Origin: Candidatus Latescibacterota bacterium
Lineage (GTDB): Bacteria > Latescibacterota > UBA2968
NCBI GenBank assembly: GCA_965198115.1
Contig: OZ240241.1
Coordinates: 1,088,001 to 1,152,000 of the forward strand
Length of the DNA: 64,000 nucleotides
Reading direction: 5' to 3'
Shown: piece by piece, positions 30,697 through 41,402 of the stretch
Position numbering within the stretch: the first letter of the stretch is position 1
Layout of the letters: the number at the start of each line of letters is the position of its first letter
The notes under the pieces: generated by a model
The model's database searches: none
The model's input: the letters and a program-made list of their open reading frames with translations, nothing else
Told to the model about the DNA's origin: nothing
Program-made: the position numbers and the translations under genes

Positions 30697-31935
30697 TTAT
30701 GTGCCGATGGCCTTAGTCTCTTGGTCAACTCCAAATAACGCCTTGCCAAAACGTGTTGCAGCCTCGCGATTCGAGTCGGGGAATAAGTGCCCATAAGTAT
30801 TAAAGGTCATTTCGATCGAGGCGTGTCGCATTTGCTTCTGGATGTACTTCGGGCTTTCCCTGGCATCAATCAGGATTGACGCGCACGTATGCCGCAGATC
30901 GTGGAATCGAACCCGGCGCAACCCAGCGGCCTCCAAAGACGGGAAGAACACTCGCTGCTTCACGTGAGAATCGTTGAGGGGTCCTCCTGTAGCCGTGGCA
31001 AAGATAAGATCCTGGTTTTGGTAGCCCGGCCCTGCCTCCAACATCTGAGCCTTCTGGCGTTTTCTGTGGGCCCTGAGGTCGTCGATGGCCTCAGGCATCA
31101 GATCAATGGGAGACGCAGATGCTTCAGACTTTGGGGGCCCGAACGAAGGGGGCTCACCCCCACGTGAACGTAACCAAGTCTCCTTGACGTGGCACTGACC
31201 GCTACGCCAGTCCAGGTTCGTCCAACGCATTGCGAGTGTCTCGCCGATCCGAAGCCCGCCCGCAACGGTCACGAGAAAGAAGGGCTGCCACTCTTCTGGT
31301 AGCTTTTCGTAGAGTGAACGAAACTCGGCGGGTGACAGCGCGTCCATCTCGTGTTTGGGGATCTTCGGGTTCTTCACCTTGTCAGCCGGATTTACCCGAA
31401 GGTATCCCCAGTCGATCGCGTGCCTGAACATCTGTCGAATCAATCGGAGGTGGTGCTTCACTGATTGCGGGGAGTTCCGTGGCACAAGCGCTGTCTCTCC
31501 GTTCTCCTTCTTCCTTTCCTTAAGCGCTTTGAGCTTCTGCGCCTTGTAATCCTGGATGTCCTTCACTGTGATGGCTGTCAACTGCTTCGGGCCAAAGGCC
31601 GGGACCAGATGATTCTTGAAGAAGCCTCGGTATTGTATGAGGGTTGACGGCCGAATCTCGCCCTCGCCTTCCGCGTAAGTCTCCATCCAAACGTCCTTGA
31701 ACTCGTCGAATGTGATCTGGCGTGGTTCGACGAATTCCCCGCCCGCAAGCTCCGTGATCCGCTTCGCCAAGAGATTCTGGGCATCAGTCAGCTTTGCGAA
31801 GCGTTCCCCTGGTGCAGGTGGAACTTTCTCCCACTTCTGTTTGCCGCCCACTTGATAGACAGCGTAGTAGCGCGACCTGAGTTTGCCGTGGTCGTCTCGC
31901 TTCGTGCTCTGTCGCTTCACTATTGATCCACGCAT
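30697..31935 (-). CDS. int: Tyrosine recombinase/integrase
   Basis: GLRIGE (R), RFHDLRH (HxxR), MRH and TFNTYGH (Y), with an N-terminal SAM-like domain. Confidence 0.95.
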   Translation of the reverse strand: MRGSIVKRQSTKRDDHGKLRSRYYAVYQVGGKQKWEKVPPAPGERFAKLTDAQNLLAKRITELAGGEFVEPRQITFDEFKDVWMETYAEGEGEIRPSTLIQYRGFFKNHLVPAFGPKQLTAITVKDIQDYKAQKLKALKERKKENGETALVPRNSPQSVKHHLRLIRQMFRHAIDWGYLRVNPADKVKNPKIPKHEMDALSPAEFRSLYEKLPEEWQPFFLVTVAGGLRIGETLAMRWTNLDWRSGQCHVKETWLRSRGGEPPSFGPPKSEASASPIDLMPEAIDDLRAHRKRQKAQMLEAGPGYQNQDLIFATATGGPLNDSHVKQRVFFPSLEAAGLRRVRFHDLRHTCASILIDARESPKYIQKQMRHASIEMTFNTYGHLFPDSNREAATRFGKALFGVDQETKAIGT

Positions 31936-32159
31936 TTTCTGTTCCCCCTCAGCAAACGCCTACTGTAACCCCTGCCCGCCCTTCCGTTTGTAATCACTTC
32001 ACCTTCTTGATTCGTCGACGGGCCATTACCTCAGCTCTTTCCCTTGATAGGTGGCCAGCGAAGGTGTTCACATAAGTCGGCCACTGTTCGGCTAGAGCGG
32101 CTGTGACCTCCTCCACTACAGGCTGCTCTGCAGTAATATCGGGGTCGCAAGCGGTGAGC

Positions 32160-32297
32160 GGTCAAGTCGGCCTTTGTGACCGATGCTTCCCCACTGGACC
32201 GGATGGCGCCTACGATAGCTTCAGCCTGTTTGGATTCAATCCCGGCGGCTTCAAGTGAGCGGGCCGCGCTAAGGGTGTCGAAGGTTGCGGTGTTCAT
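32160..32297 (-). pseudogene. Truncated DUF1640/CCDC90-like coiled-coil protein
   Basis: FDTLSAARSLEAAGIESKQAEAIV...VTKADL, then loss of similarity. Confidence 0.55.
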
Positions 32298-32422
32298 GTT
32301 CGGATTTTCCTAAATCAGTCTGCCCATTCTCCCACGCCCCCAAGACAAAAACCACAGAGACAAGCGCCGACGCGCTCTGGAAAAACCAGCAAAACCGAAG
32401 CCTCCAGGGTGCTTCCAGGTTC

Positions 32423-35400
32423 TCATAAAGCCCTCCCTCCCGCTGGGAAATCCGCCCGCATCAGCTCGGGCAAGCCCGTGACGATGCGGGCGGTTTCCAC
32501 GCTGACATGGACGATCCGGCAGATCGCCGCGACCAGTTCTCGTGGATCGTCAAACCAGCCGTTGGGATCGTTGACGATGCCGCTTTCCTTGTCCTGCGTG
32601 ATTCGGTAGCGGTCGATGAACCACTCTAGCGGCGTCCGCCCGTTGACCTGATACGTGTGCGCCGCGGCGGGGATACCGCGCAGGCTCACATGCTCGTTGA
32701 CGGCGAGGACAGTCTTTTCATCGTCAGCAAATCGCATGGCCCGGTCGCCAATTCGGAAATGCGCCGGTCGGGGTTCTCCTTCGCGGGCAAACACAATCTC
32801 AAGCGGATATTCCTCGCAGGTCTCATAGCCGAGATGAAGTTCCGCGAGTTCACGTCCGGCTTTGGCGAAGGCATGGAAATCGGGCGCGAGCGGAATGCGC
32901 GGCAGTTCCTTCGCCAGATCGTTGGCGAAGCGTTCCCGGTAGGCGGACGCATGCAGAACGCCGTAGACGTAATCGAAGATCGCGTCCTTGGTGATCGTGT
33001 TGTCGTTGTAACGCACGCGGAAGGCGCGCAAGGCCGTGTCTGAGATGTTGTCGAGGCGCTCCCGGCCCGATTCGATCCCCGGAAGCTCCCGCTGCACCTC
33101 CGCCCGCTCCCGATACCGGTAGCGCGGGAAACACTGGCCATTGAACATCAGCTGACGATCCGGCATCGTATCGGCCACGAGAGCCGAGAACGGCTTGGTC
33201 GATCCGATTCCCGGAACGCAGATCGCGCGGTTCTCGCTGTCGGACGCAGGGAAAATGTCGCCTGTAAGTGCCGGACGTTGAGAAAAGGTCTGATCAGCAT
33301 AAAGATATAGCTTCACGAACGGTCGATGGTCAAGTCCCATAGTCAGTTGAAAACTCATCGGGCCCCGTAGTTTGGTCAGGCTCTCTTTTGAGCATTCTGT
33401 TCGTTGTCGAGATTCAGATCTTTGTTCAGTGCTTGCCTGAGTAGGGGAAGATGTTTGTATCCGCTCACGCGTCGCAGGCGAGGTTCGATGTCGAGGAGTG
33501 CGGCAGCCACCCATCTGTGTCTCTGGGGAGAGTTGTTCCAGCGTCTGACCTTCCGAGTGAGCTCGCCGGTCATGCTGTTGAGGGCTTCGATGCAGTTGGT
33601 GGTTCGGAAGCTTCGTTTCAAGAATGGGAGCATACCCAGCCGGTGGAGGGTCAGGGTTTCCTCCAGGCCTTCCTCGAGGCTCGTTACGGCAGACTGATTC
33701 ATCAGCTTCAGTTCGGGTTTAAGTGATTCGAGTGCGGCCTTTGCCTCCTCGTAGGTGTCGCAGTCATAGGCTTTCTGGAGCTTCCGTCGAACTCTTGGAC
33801 GTTCCCTCTCCGGGAGATAGCTGACGACATTCTCGCGCTTGTGCCACTGACAGCGATGCACGCGCACATACCCTTTGAGGGCTTTGGTGACAGCACTGCG
33901 GAGTCCCTTTGAGCCGTCAAGCACAACGAGAAGGCCCTGGTCGTAGCACAGGCCTCTCCGGATGAGGTCCTGGATCAGCTGGCGGCAGATCCGTTCGTTC
34001 TCCGTCGCCGATTCGACGAAGCCCAGGGGGATCTTCTGGCCGTCCATCGTGACCCCCAGAGCGATCACGATCTCTTCGTCGGCAAAGCTCTTTCCGTCAA
34101 TGAACAGGGTCACGAAGCCGTAGTCGTCGAGGGGACGCTCCTGGAACTGCTTCCGCTTCTTCGCGGTGGCTTTGATGAACCGCCGCGAGACGGAGGACGC
34201 TGAGATACCAAACGCTTCTGGAACCGATTCGGCACAGGCCTTGTAGTTGCGGCACGAGATCCCCTTGAGAACACGAAGCAACAGCCCCTCGTCCGTCTTC
34301 TTGGGCGTCTGTAGAGCCCGGTATGCAGCCAGGGAAACCTCTGCGTCGGCCTCGACGTCGCGCACCCGGGGAACGTCTAACGGGAGCTTCTGGTCCATCA
34401 GATACACGGATCCCTTCTGGCTTCCCCACCGACGATGCGCCTGCTCCGAACCTTTGCGCGCATACCGAACGCCTGCGAGCTGCTCGACCTCCTGCTGGAG
34501 GAGGTCTGCCACTGCCTCCAGACCCAACGGGATCAACGCCTGGATCACCGACAAACGCGTCTCCAAATCGATGACATCGCCCTCAACCTTGACTTCACCA
34601 TCGCCTACAAATAGCTTCTCCATCTGGGCTCCTTTCTTACGGGTATACGCTCCTACACGTCTACCCAACGTAAGTTTGGAGCCCTCTAAGTTTCAACTAC
34701 GATAGGCACAACACCCGGTCGATAGGCCACTTTTCGAATGAATGTGTCTGCAAACTCCGCAGTCGTTCTTCGCCCAACGAGATTCTTCAGTTTGCCGTCC
34801 CATCGAAGATTCGAGGAATGACGGAGTGTGATTTCTTGAATGATCTCGTCCGAGGGTGATCCATTCTTGAATTCGTCCAACTCCCGCCGAGCACCCAGAT
34901 AGTCGTCTACCATCTTGCAGGCATTCTTCGTACAGGCATCGCGGGAGAAGTTGTACACATAGGCATCACGCCCGGTCTGGTAGCCGTTGCTGAACAGCGT
35001 GAAGACCGCCTCATCCGTTCTACCGGCCTTTGCGGTCTTTGAACCCACCGGATAGAGCCTTTGGAATTCCTCGCTTCGCTGGCCGATCCAGTCGTGATGC
35101 CGGTCAGGCGTGATCGTCCGCCAATCCTCGATGCCAGCGATCGACCCCGCCTCGCGCAGGACCGCCAGCTTCTCCTCACGTTTGAGATAGTCGCCGATAT
35201 CGCGGTAGAGGATGCGGCAGCCGTCAGCTTCCGGGTTGCGGACCAGGATCGTGATCGCGACCGGTGCACGGGAGCCTTGACCGAATACCTTGCCGCCCTC
35301 CTGGCGCGAACGTTCTCCCTGAGTCCGCTGATTGCCCCGCAGGTTCAGAACGTAGATCGAGCTGAACTCCTCGGCCAGGCAGGCGCGAACGCCCGAATCG

Positions 35401-36212
35401 ACATTGCTGTCGATCCAGGAGCCGTTGGTGACAAGCGCGATCACGCCCTGCTTGCCGATCCGGTCCGACGCCCAGCGGATCGCCATCTTGTAGGTGTCAT
35501 AGAGGCTGTTCTTGTTCGTCGCCGTGGACCGTGCGGCATAGGTTTTTGCGACGCGCCGCTCAAGCTCGGGATAGTCGACGTTGGGGTTGTCGTCCGCCGA
35601 GCTCCTCTGCTTCGCCGACCATGGTGGATTGCCGACGATGACCTGAATCGGCAGATCCTGCTGGCGTTCCGCGCGTGCGCTGTTGACCGGAAGCCAATTC
35701 TTCGGGAAGCCGGTCCTGTCGGTGTGCAGATTGAACGTGCCGCGCCGCCCGTGGAACGCCTCTTCGATGTGGATGGCCGCGATGTAGTAGGCCAGCAGGA
35801 CGATCTCGTTGGCGTGAAACTCTCCGTGGTATTTCCTCGCGAGATCGGATTCCCGGACCAACGCGGACTGGATCAGCCGGACGAGAAAGATGCCGGTGCC
35901 GGTGAAGGGATCGAGGACATGAACGCCCTCGTCGCTCAGGCTTCGCCCGAACTCCCAGCGCACCACGTGATCGGCGCTGTTCAAGATGAAATCCACGATC
36001 TCAACCGGCGTGTAGACGATGCCGAGGCGGTCCGCGTCCTTCTTGAGGGCCGTGGCGAAGAACTTCTCGTAGAGTTCCATCAGCACGTGCTGACGCGCTT
36101 CGCTGTTGTCGAGGCCGCGGGCGCGCATGCGCACGCTCTCGTAGAAGCGCTCCAGATCCCGCGTCTCGTTCTCCAGCCCGAACTCCCCGAAATCCTGCCG
36201 CAGGGCGTCCAG
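32423..36212 (-). pseudogene. Type ISP restriction-modification enzyme (MTase plus target-recognition part), 5'-truncated and split by IS256
   Basis: GIVYTPVEIVDF, LDPFTGTG, GNPPW, NLRGNQR, YRPF (split), IFDYVYGVLH..LPRIP and YQVNGRTPLEW. Confidence 0.9.
33328..34715 (-). mobile_element. Complete IS256-family element (transposase within 33376-34668) with 8-bp TSD CGGTCGAT
   Basis: DDE motifs FIDGK, VLDGSKGL, CQWH and TTNCIE; imperfect IRs GGT...AGTTGAAA; TSD at 33320-33327 and 34716-34723. Confidence 0.95.
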
Positions 36213-37303
36213 GAGCATACCCAATCGATGGAGGGTCAGCGTTTCCTGCAGGCCCTCCTCGAGGCTCGCAACGGCAGACTGATTCATCAGCTTCAGTTCG
36301 GGCTTGAGCGCTTCGAGCGCGGCTTTTGCCTCCTCACACGTGTGGCAGTCGTAGGCTTTTTGAAGCTTCCGTCGGACTCTGGGACGTTCTCTCTCCGGGA
36401 GATAGTTGACGACGTTCTCGCGCTTGTGCCACTGACAGCGATGCACGCGAACATATCCCTTCAGGGCTTTCGTGACGGCACTGCGGAGTCCCTTTGAGCC
36501 GTCCAGCACAACGAGGAGGCCCTGGTCGTAGCACAGGCCTCTCCGGATGAGACCCTGGATCAGCTGACGGCAGATCCGTTCGTTCTCTGTTGCTGATTCG
36601 ACGAACCCCAGAGGGATCTTCTGGCCGTCCATCGTGACGCCCAGAGCAATCACGATCTCTTCGTCGGCAAAGCTCTTTTCCGTCGATGAACAGGGCGACC
36701 AGATCGTAGTCGTCGAGCGGTCGTTCCTGGAACTGCTTCAGCTTCTTTGCGGTGGCTTTGATGAACCGTCGCGAGACGGAGGATGCCGAGATTCCGAACG
36801 CTTCGGGTACCGATTCTGAACAAGCTCTGTAGTTGCGGCAGGAGATTCCTTTGAGAACACGAAGCAACAGACCCTCGTCCAACGCTCTGGGGCTCTGGAG
36901 TGCACGGTGTGCCGAAAGGGAAACCTCCGTGTCGGCCTCGACGTCGCGCACACGAGGTACGTCTACTGGGAGCTTCTGGTCCATCAGATACACGGACCCC
37001 TTCTGGCTTCCCCATCGACGATACGACTGCTCCGAACCCTTGCGCGCATACCGAACACCAGCCAGCTGCTCCACCTCCTGCTGGAGAACGTCTGCTATGG
37101 CCTCCAGACCCAGCGGGATCAACGCCTGGATCACCGACAAACGTGTCTCCAAATCGATCACGTCTGACTCAACCTTGACTTCGCCATTACCTGCAAATAG
37201 CTTCTCCATCTGGGCTCCTTTCTTACGGCTACACGCTCTCGCACGCGTACCCACAACGTAAGTTTGGAGCCCTCTAAGTTTCAACTAGGATAGGCACCAC
37301 AAC
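36213..37303 (-). mobile_element. IS256-family copy 2, frameshifted (~36675) and 3'-truncated, fused to the type ISP gene
   Basis: Close paralog of 33328-34715; left IR present; ends after HRLGML. Confidence 0.9.
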
Positions 37304-37464
37304 CGTGCGTCCGAGTGCTCACGAAGTCGTAGGACCAGACATGATTCCGGTGCAGCGGCCTTAGCCGGATGCACGAGCCATCGTTGAGCCACAGTCGGCC
37401 CCGTTTCGGCTGCCGCCTGCGCGGCCAAGCCAGGCAGCGAAACCTCGTTATTCTGAGTGCCTCG

Positions 37465-38274
37465 TTAGCGAAGTTGGGCAGCTATTGGCTCGAGGTCGCC
37501 GTCTGGTATCAAGTAAAGGCGCATCTGGTAGTAGATGTCTACACCGAGTGCTTGTGGCATGGCGACGCCCGGGTTGACGTCTACTAGAGCTGCCGCTAAG
37601 GTGCCACCGAAGTTGATTAGGCCTCTGTTGTAAAGGTCGTAGTACTCGTAAATGAGTTGGTACAAGTCCTTGGAGAAGTCATCTTGTCCCTCGTAACCTC
37701 GACTACGTAAATTGAACCTATCCTTAGTCGCGGACAGTTGCAGGATGCAGAGCTGCCTATAGGTCATGGACTCGGCCGCCTTTGTCATTTGATGTGCCAT
37801 AGCGGCACTGATCTCCGTGTTGAAAGCCAAGTTGGCCAGCAAATGCGCCATATAGGGCAGTTTCTTCTCTTCCGGCTCTCTCTGGCTCTTCAGCAACGTG
37901 CTTTCCCATACTTCCTCCGCCTCTGAACGTCCACGGCCTCCAGTGTCAAAGAACCCGTCATCCCGGACGCTTTCGCCGTTCCGGCATCGCTCGACGATCT
38001 CTGCTGCGGCAAGGGCGAACACACCTCCAACCCTTGCCTGTTCCCTCGGAGAAAGCAGACGCGTGGACAGGTCATGACCGATCGCCTTAACAGCCATAGT
38101 CGCGGCCGCTCCAACGGTTCCTCCAACGGCGGCGCCCGCTGGTCCCGTTAGGAAGGACCCGATCACTGTGCCGATGGCGGGGCCAGCGGCCCCTCCCGCA
38201 AGTTCAGCCCCCTTGTTGATCAGGAGGCGCAGGCGACCGTCGCGGTCCTGTCGGTTATCAGCGTCGTGCTCCAT
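37465..38274 (-). CDS. Hypothetical protein with an N-terminal glycine-zipper-like segment
   Basis: Uninterrupted 269-aa ORF containing GAELAGGAAGPAIGTVIGSFLTGPAGAAVGGTVG. Confidence 0.7.
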   Translation of the reverse strand: MEHDADNRQDRDGRLRLLINKGAELAGGAAGPAIGTVIGSFLTGPAGAAVGGTVGAAATMAVKAIGHDLSTRLLSPREQARVGGVFALAAAEIVERCRNGESVRDDGFFDTGGRGRSEAEEVWESTLLKSQREPEEKKLPYMAHLLANLAFNTEISAAMAHQMTKAAESMTYRQLCILQLSATKDRFNLRSRGYEGQDDFSKDLYQLIYEYYDLYNRGLINFGGTLAAALVDVNPGVAMPQALGVDIYYQMRLYLIPDGDLEPIAAQLR

Positions 38275-38309
38275 AGAATCTACACGTCACTCTCAGCATT
38301 CAGTCAGAA

Positions 38310-38962
38310 AATGGTCACCCTGTCCAGATATCGCGCGGACCTGTACCCCACGAGCCGCTTCCGGAGAGCCTGCGACCTTCTGGAGGAGCAATGCCCGCGG
38401 CGGCAAGCTCACGTGCTGTATCTCCGGCTGCTGCACCTTGCCGCGCCGGAGGGCCAGGAGAAGGTCGACCGCGCTTTGGATGTCGTCCTGCGCACAGGTG
38501 CACCCCTACACCCGGAGTCCATCGGATCGTCACTGACCTCTGCTCACGTGCCATCCACGCCTACCGTGGATGTCGCTTAGGTGAGGCTGGATTGCTACGA
38601 TCGTCTGCTCGAGGAGGCCGCCGGATGAGACGCGCTCAGGCCACCCAACTCCGCGACGGCCTCAGGACACTACGCCTGGCCACCATCCGCGAATGTTACC
38701 GCGAGCAGGCTGACCTGGCACGGAAAGAGACCCTCCCCTACGAAGCCTACCTGCTCGAACTCGTCAATCACGAGTGCGAGACCCGCGCCCACAACCGCGT
38801 GCAGCGATTGCTCCGGGAGTCTCGACTTCCTTTGGAGAAGAACCTGGACACCTTCGACCGCACCCGGCTGCCCGCGAAGGTCGATGGTCTGGTAGCCACG
38901 CTTCCCGAAGGCGATTTCCTGGAGCGCTCCGAAAACGTACTGGCCTTCGGCAACCCCGGCTC
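38310..38962 (+). mobile_element. IS21-family remnant (istA 3' end plus istB 5' end)
   Basis: istA-like YRADLYPTSRFRRA with a premature TAG; ATGA-coupled istB LRLATIRE..KNLDTFD..ENVLAFGNPGS, cut inside Walker A. Confidence 0.85.
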
Positions 38963-39038
38963 CGCAGTATCGTAGGCCGCCTTCGATAGTGCTTGCATAG
39001 ATATCGCAAGCAGGTTCGCGACTACCTCCAGTCGACCG

Positions 39039-39123
39039 GCCACCTTTAGGTGGCGCTTGGTTTCCAACCGCTTTGAGCGGTTCACAAGTTTTCAAGCCTC
39101 CGGCTTTGCCGGAGGTCATGACT
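39039..39123 (+). repeat. Solo right end of the IS200-like element
   Basis: Matches 40820-40904 (three hairpins, ending TGACT). Confidence 0.9.
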
Positions 39124-39152
39124 TGAATAACCGCACCGGAGACGCCCGTCCC

Positions 39153-39945
39153 TCAGCCGTCGAGGAAATCCTTCAACGTCTTCCCGGCTGGCGGTTCGTC
39201 CGCCCGCGTTGTGAACTCCGGAGGGGCAAACAGGGGGTTGCCCGGGGACCACAGTTCCAGGCTTTCGGCGTGTTCCTCGAAATGCTCCGGATCGGTGGTC
39301 ACCCGCAGTCGCTCGGTCATGCCAGGGGCCAACAGGCCGTATTCACGATGTCCCAGGGGTTGGATATCGGTCCCCGGCGGCATCATGTCGGATGACCAGA
39401 TCATCCTGTCGAGATCCGCCATGGTGACAACTGATGGCGTGCGCACCGGCATGGCGAGGTCGCTCTCCGTCACCGCATCGATATCGAAACCCCGCTCCTC
39501 GGCTTCCCGCGCCTGTTGCTCGATTGCGTCCACGACATTGGCGCGCTCCGCGCCTTCGCGTCCGCTGCCCGACAACACGGCATCGGATATGGCGCGCGGC
39601 ACTTGCGCCAGAATCGGCTGCAAGCGGCCGACCATGGACTCGAACAGGCCGATGCGGTTCCTGAGTGCCCGGTAAACGTCGGTTTCGACCGTGCCCTCGT
39701 AGTGCAGGTTGACGATCCGAATGATCTCATGCCGCTGGCCGAGGCGATCGATGCGGCCGATGCGCTGTTCCACCCGCATGGGGTTCCACGGCATGTCGTA
39801 GCGGAACCGCCGTTTGGCATCGTCGCGGCCGATCCGGCGCCAGGAGCCGTCGGCGGAGGGTGTTTCTCCACCACGTCCCGAGAAGCACATCAACCTTTGA
39901 TCGGCACCTTTCAGGAGTTCTCCGCGCAGGAAATCCATGGTGGTG
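39153..39945 (-). pseudogene. C-terminal fragment of an SNF2-like helicase with an internal deletion
   Basis: YDMPWNPMRVEQRIGRIDRLGQ (motif VI); motif V is missing. Confidence 0.85.
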
Positions 39946-40260
39946 TCTCGATCTTCTTCGTTTCGATCACGTTTGGCGCGCCCTCGAGTCCGTTAGCGAT
40001 CGTCGCCATCCGCGCGTCGTATTCGGCAAATCGCGCATCGTGGTCCATCGAGAACCAGTCCTCGATACCCGTGAGAAGCCCGACAATCTCCTGAGTATCG
40101 TCGTTTCGAGAGAACGATTTCGTTTTCGAGAGGAACCTGGAGGAACTCAGACGCTCACCGACACATCGAGTGCGCCCATCTGTGTGGCAGGCTTGAACTT
40201 GCGGCATCCCAGGACACGAAAAGAATGGCCGAAGAATGCGGCGTTACGAGGACCACGATC

Positions 40261-40904
40261 TATAACTAAACCTTGGTAAGCCCCCGGCTCTGCCGGGGAG
40301 ACTCCCAGAGTTTGACAGTTCCAGAAATATGTAAGAGCCTCCCTTGCCGTGGACCGCTCAAAGCACACGGAAGGAAGGCTCTCTAATGAACAACGTAAGG
40401 AGTCTACGTCACACGGTATGGGAGTGCAAGTATGACGTTGTTTGGGTTCGGAAGTATCGTAGAAAAGTGTTGTATGGTGAAATTCGTCGCTATCTGGGCG
40501 AGGTGATTCGGGATCTGGCCGCACAGAAGGAATGCCGTGTGGAAGAGGGTCACCTGCGATCCGACCATGTGCACATGCTGATTTCGATCCCGCCGAAGCA
40601 CTCAGTAGCTCAGACGGTAGGGTTCATCAAAGGAAAGAGTGCGATTCACATTGCTCGGAACTATCTGGGACGCAGGTCGAACTTCACCGGGCAGCATTTC
40701 TGGGCAAGAGGCTACTGGGTCTCCACCGTTGGCAAGGATGAACAGACGGTTCGGGAGTATATCCAGAACCAGGAGCGGGAGGACCTGAGTCTCGACCAGC
40801 TCAACATTTTCAGGTAATCGCCACCTTTAGGTGGCGCTTGGTTTCCAACCGCTTTGAGCGGTTCACAAGTTTTCAAGCCTCCGGCTTTGCCGGAGGTCAT
40901 GACT
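40261..40904 (+). mobile_element. tnpA: IS200-like element (IS200/IS605 family, TnpA only; CDS 40386-40817; left boundary approximate)
   Basis: HUH motif DHVHM, FWARGY and YIQNQ; subterminal hairpins CCCCGGCTCTGCCGGGG and CCTCCGGCTTTGCCGGAGG. Confidence 0.93.
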
Positions 40905-40934
40905 GGTCAAATCATTCAAACGGGCTGAATCCTT

Positions 40935-41402
40935 GGTAGTGGTTCACTTTGACTAACTGCGGTCCTCACGGTTGATCCGCCCGCCCTTCATCAGTTTCCG
41001 TTCCTCATCTTCTAGCAGCTTCACTAAGTCCGTCACGCTCCAAGCCCTGTCCGTCAGGCCAGCGGCCATTGCAGGCGTCCTTCCCTTCAGCGTCTTGTGC
41101 TTCCGGCAGAAGTTGTAGTAGAACATATGTAGGGCAATAGCGTGCGCGTGGTTGATCCACTTTTTTGAGAAGCCATTGGTCAAGCGCGTGAACCGCCGAT
41201 TTCCCATCCTCATCGTCAAATTCGACCGCTCGATATAGGACGTGGAGATATGGGCGGGATCGGGGTTGCCGACCACAGGCCGAACGTCGATACCGATGCA
41301 CTTAGCTGGGCTGTAAGTCCTGTCCGCGTCGGGATCGGTCCCGTACTGTTTCACGAGCTGGGCAAAGTCACAGGCCCCACCAAAAGCCTGCTCAATGGCC
41401 TC
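40935..41402 (-). mobile_element. 3' part of an IS1-family (ISMhu11-like) element with its right end
   Basis: HISTSYIERSNLTMRM..RRFTRLTNGFSKK..YNFCR..TPAMAAG; terminal TCAAAGTGAACCACTACC. Confidence 0.75.

Noticed and set aside
37330-37470. Integron attC site after the hypothetical gene
   Set aside because: GCTAAC at the stop and some dyad symmetry, but no matching GTTRRRY box at a proper position and no integron integrase.
38578-38580. TAG readthrough (pyrrolysine) in istA
   Set aside because: Lies in a truncated IS21 remnant; an ordinary nonsense mutation is more likely.
40797-40904. TnpB/IscB omega-RNA or CRISPR-like repeats in the IS200 right-end copies
   Set aside because: No tnpB, iscB or cas gene in the window, and the copies are dispersed rather than regularly spaced.
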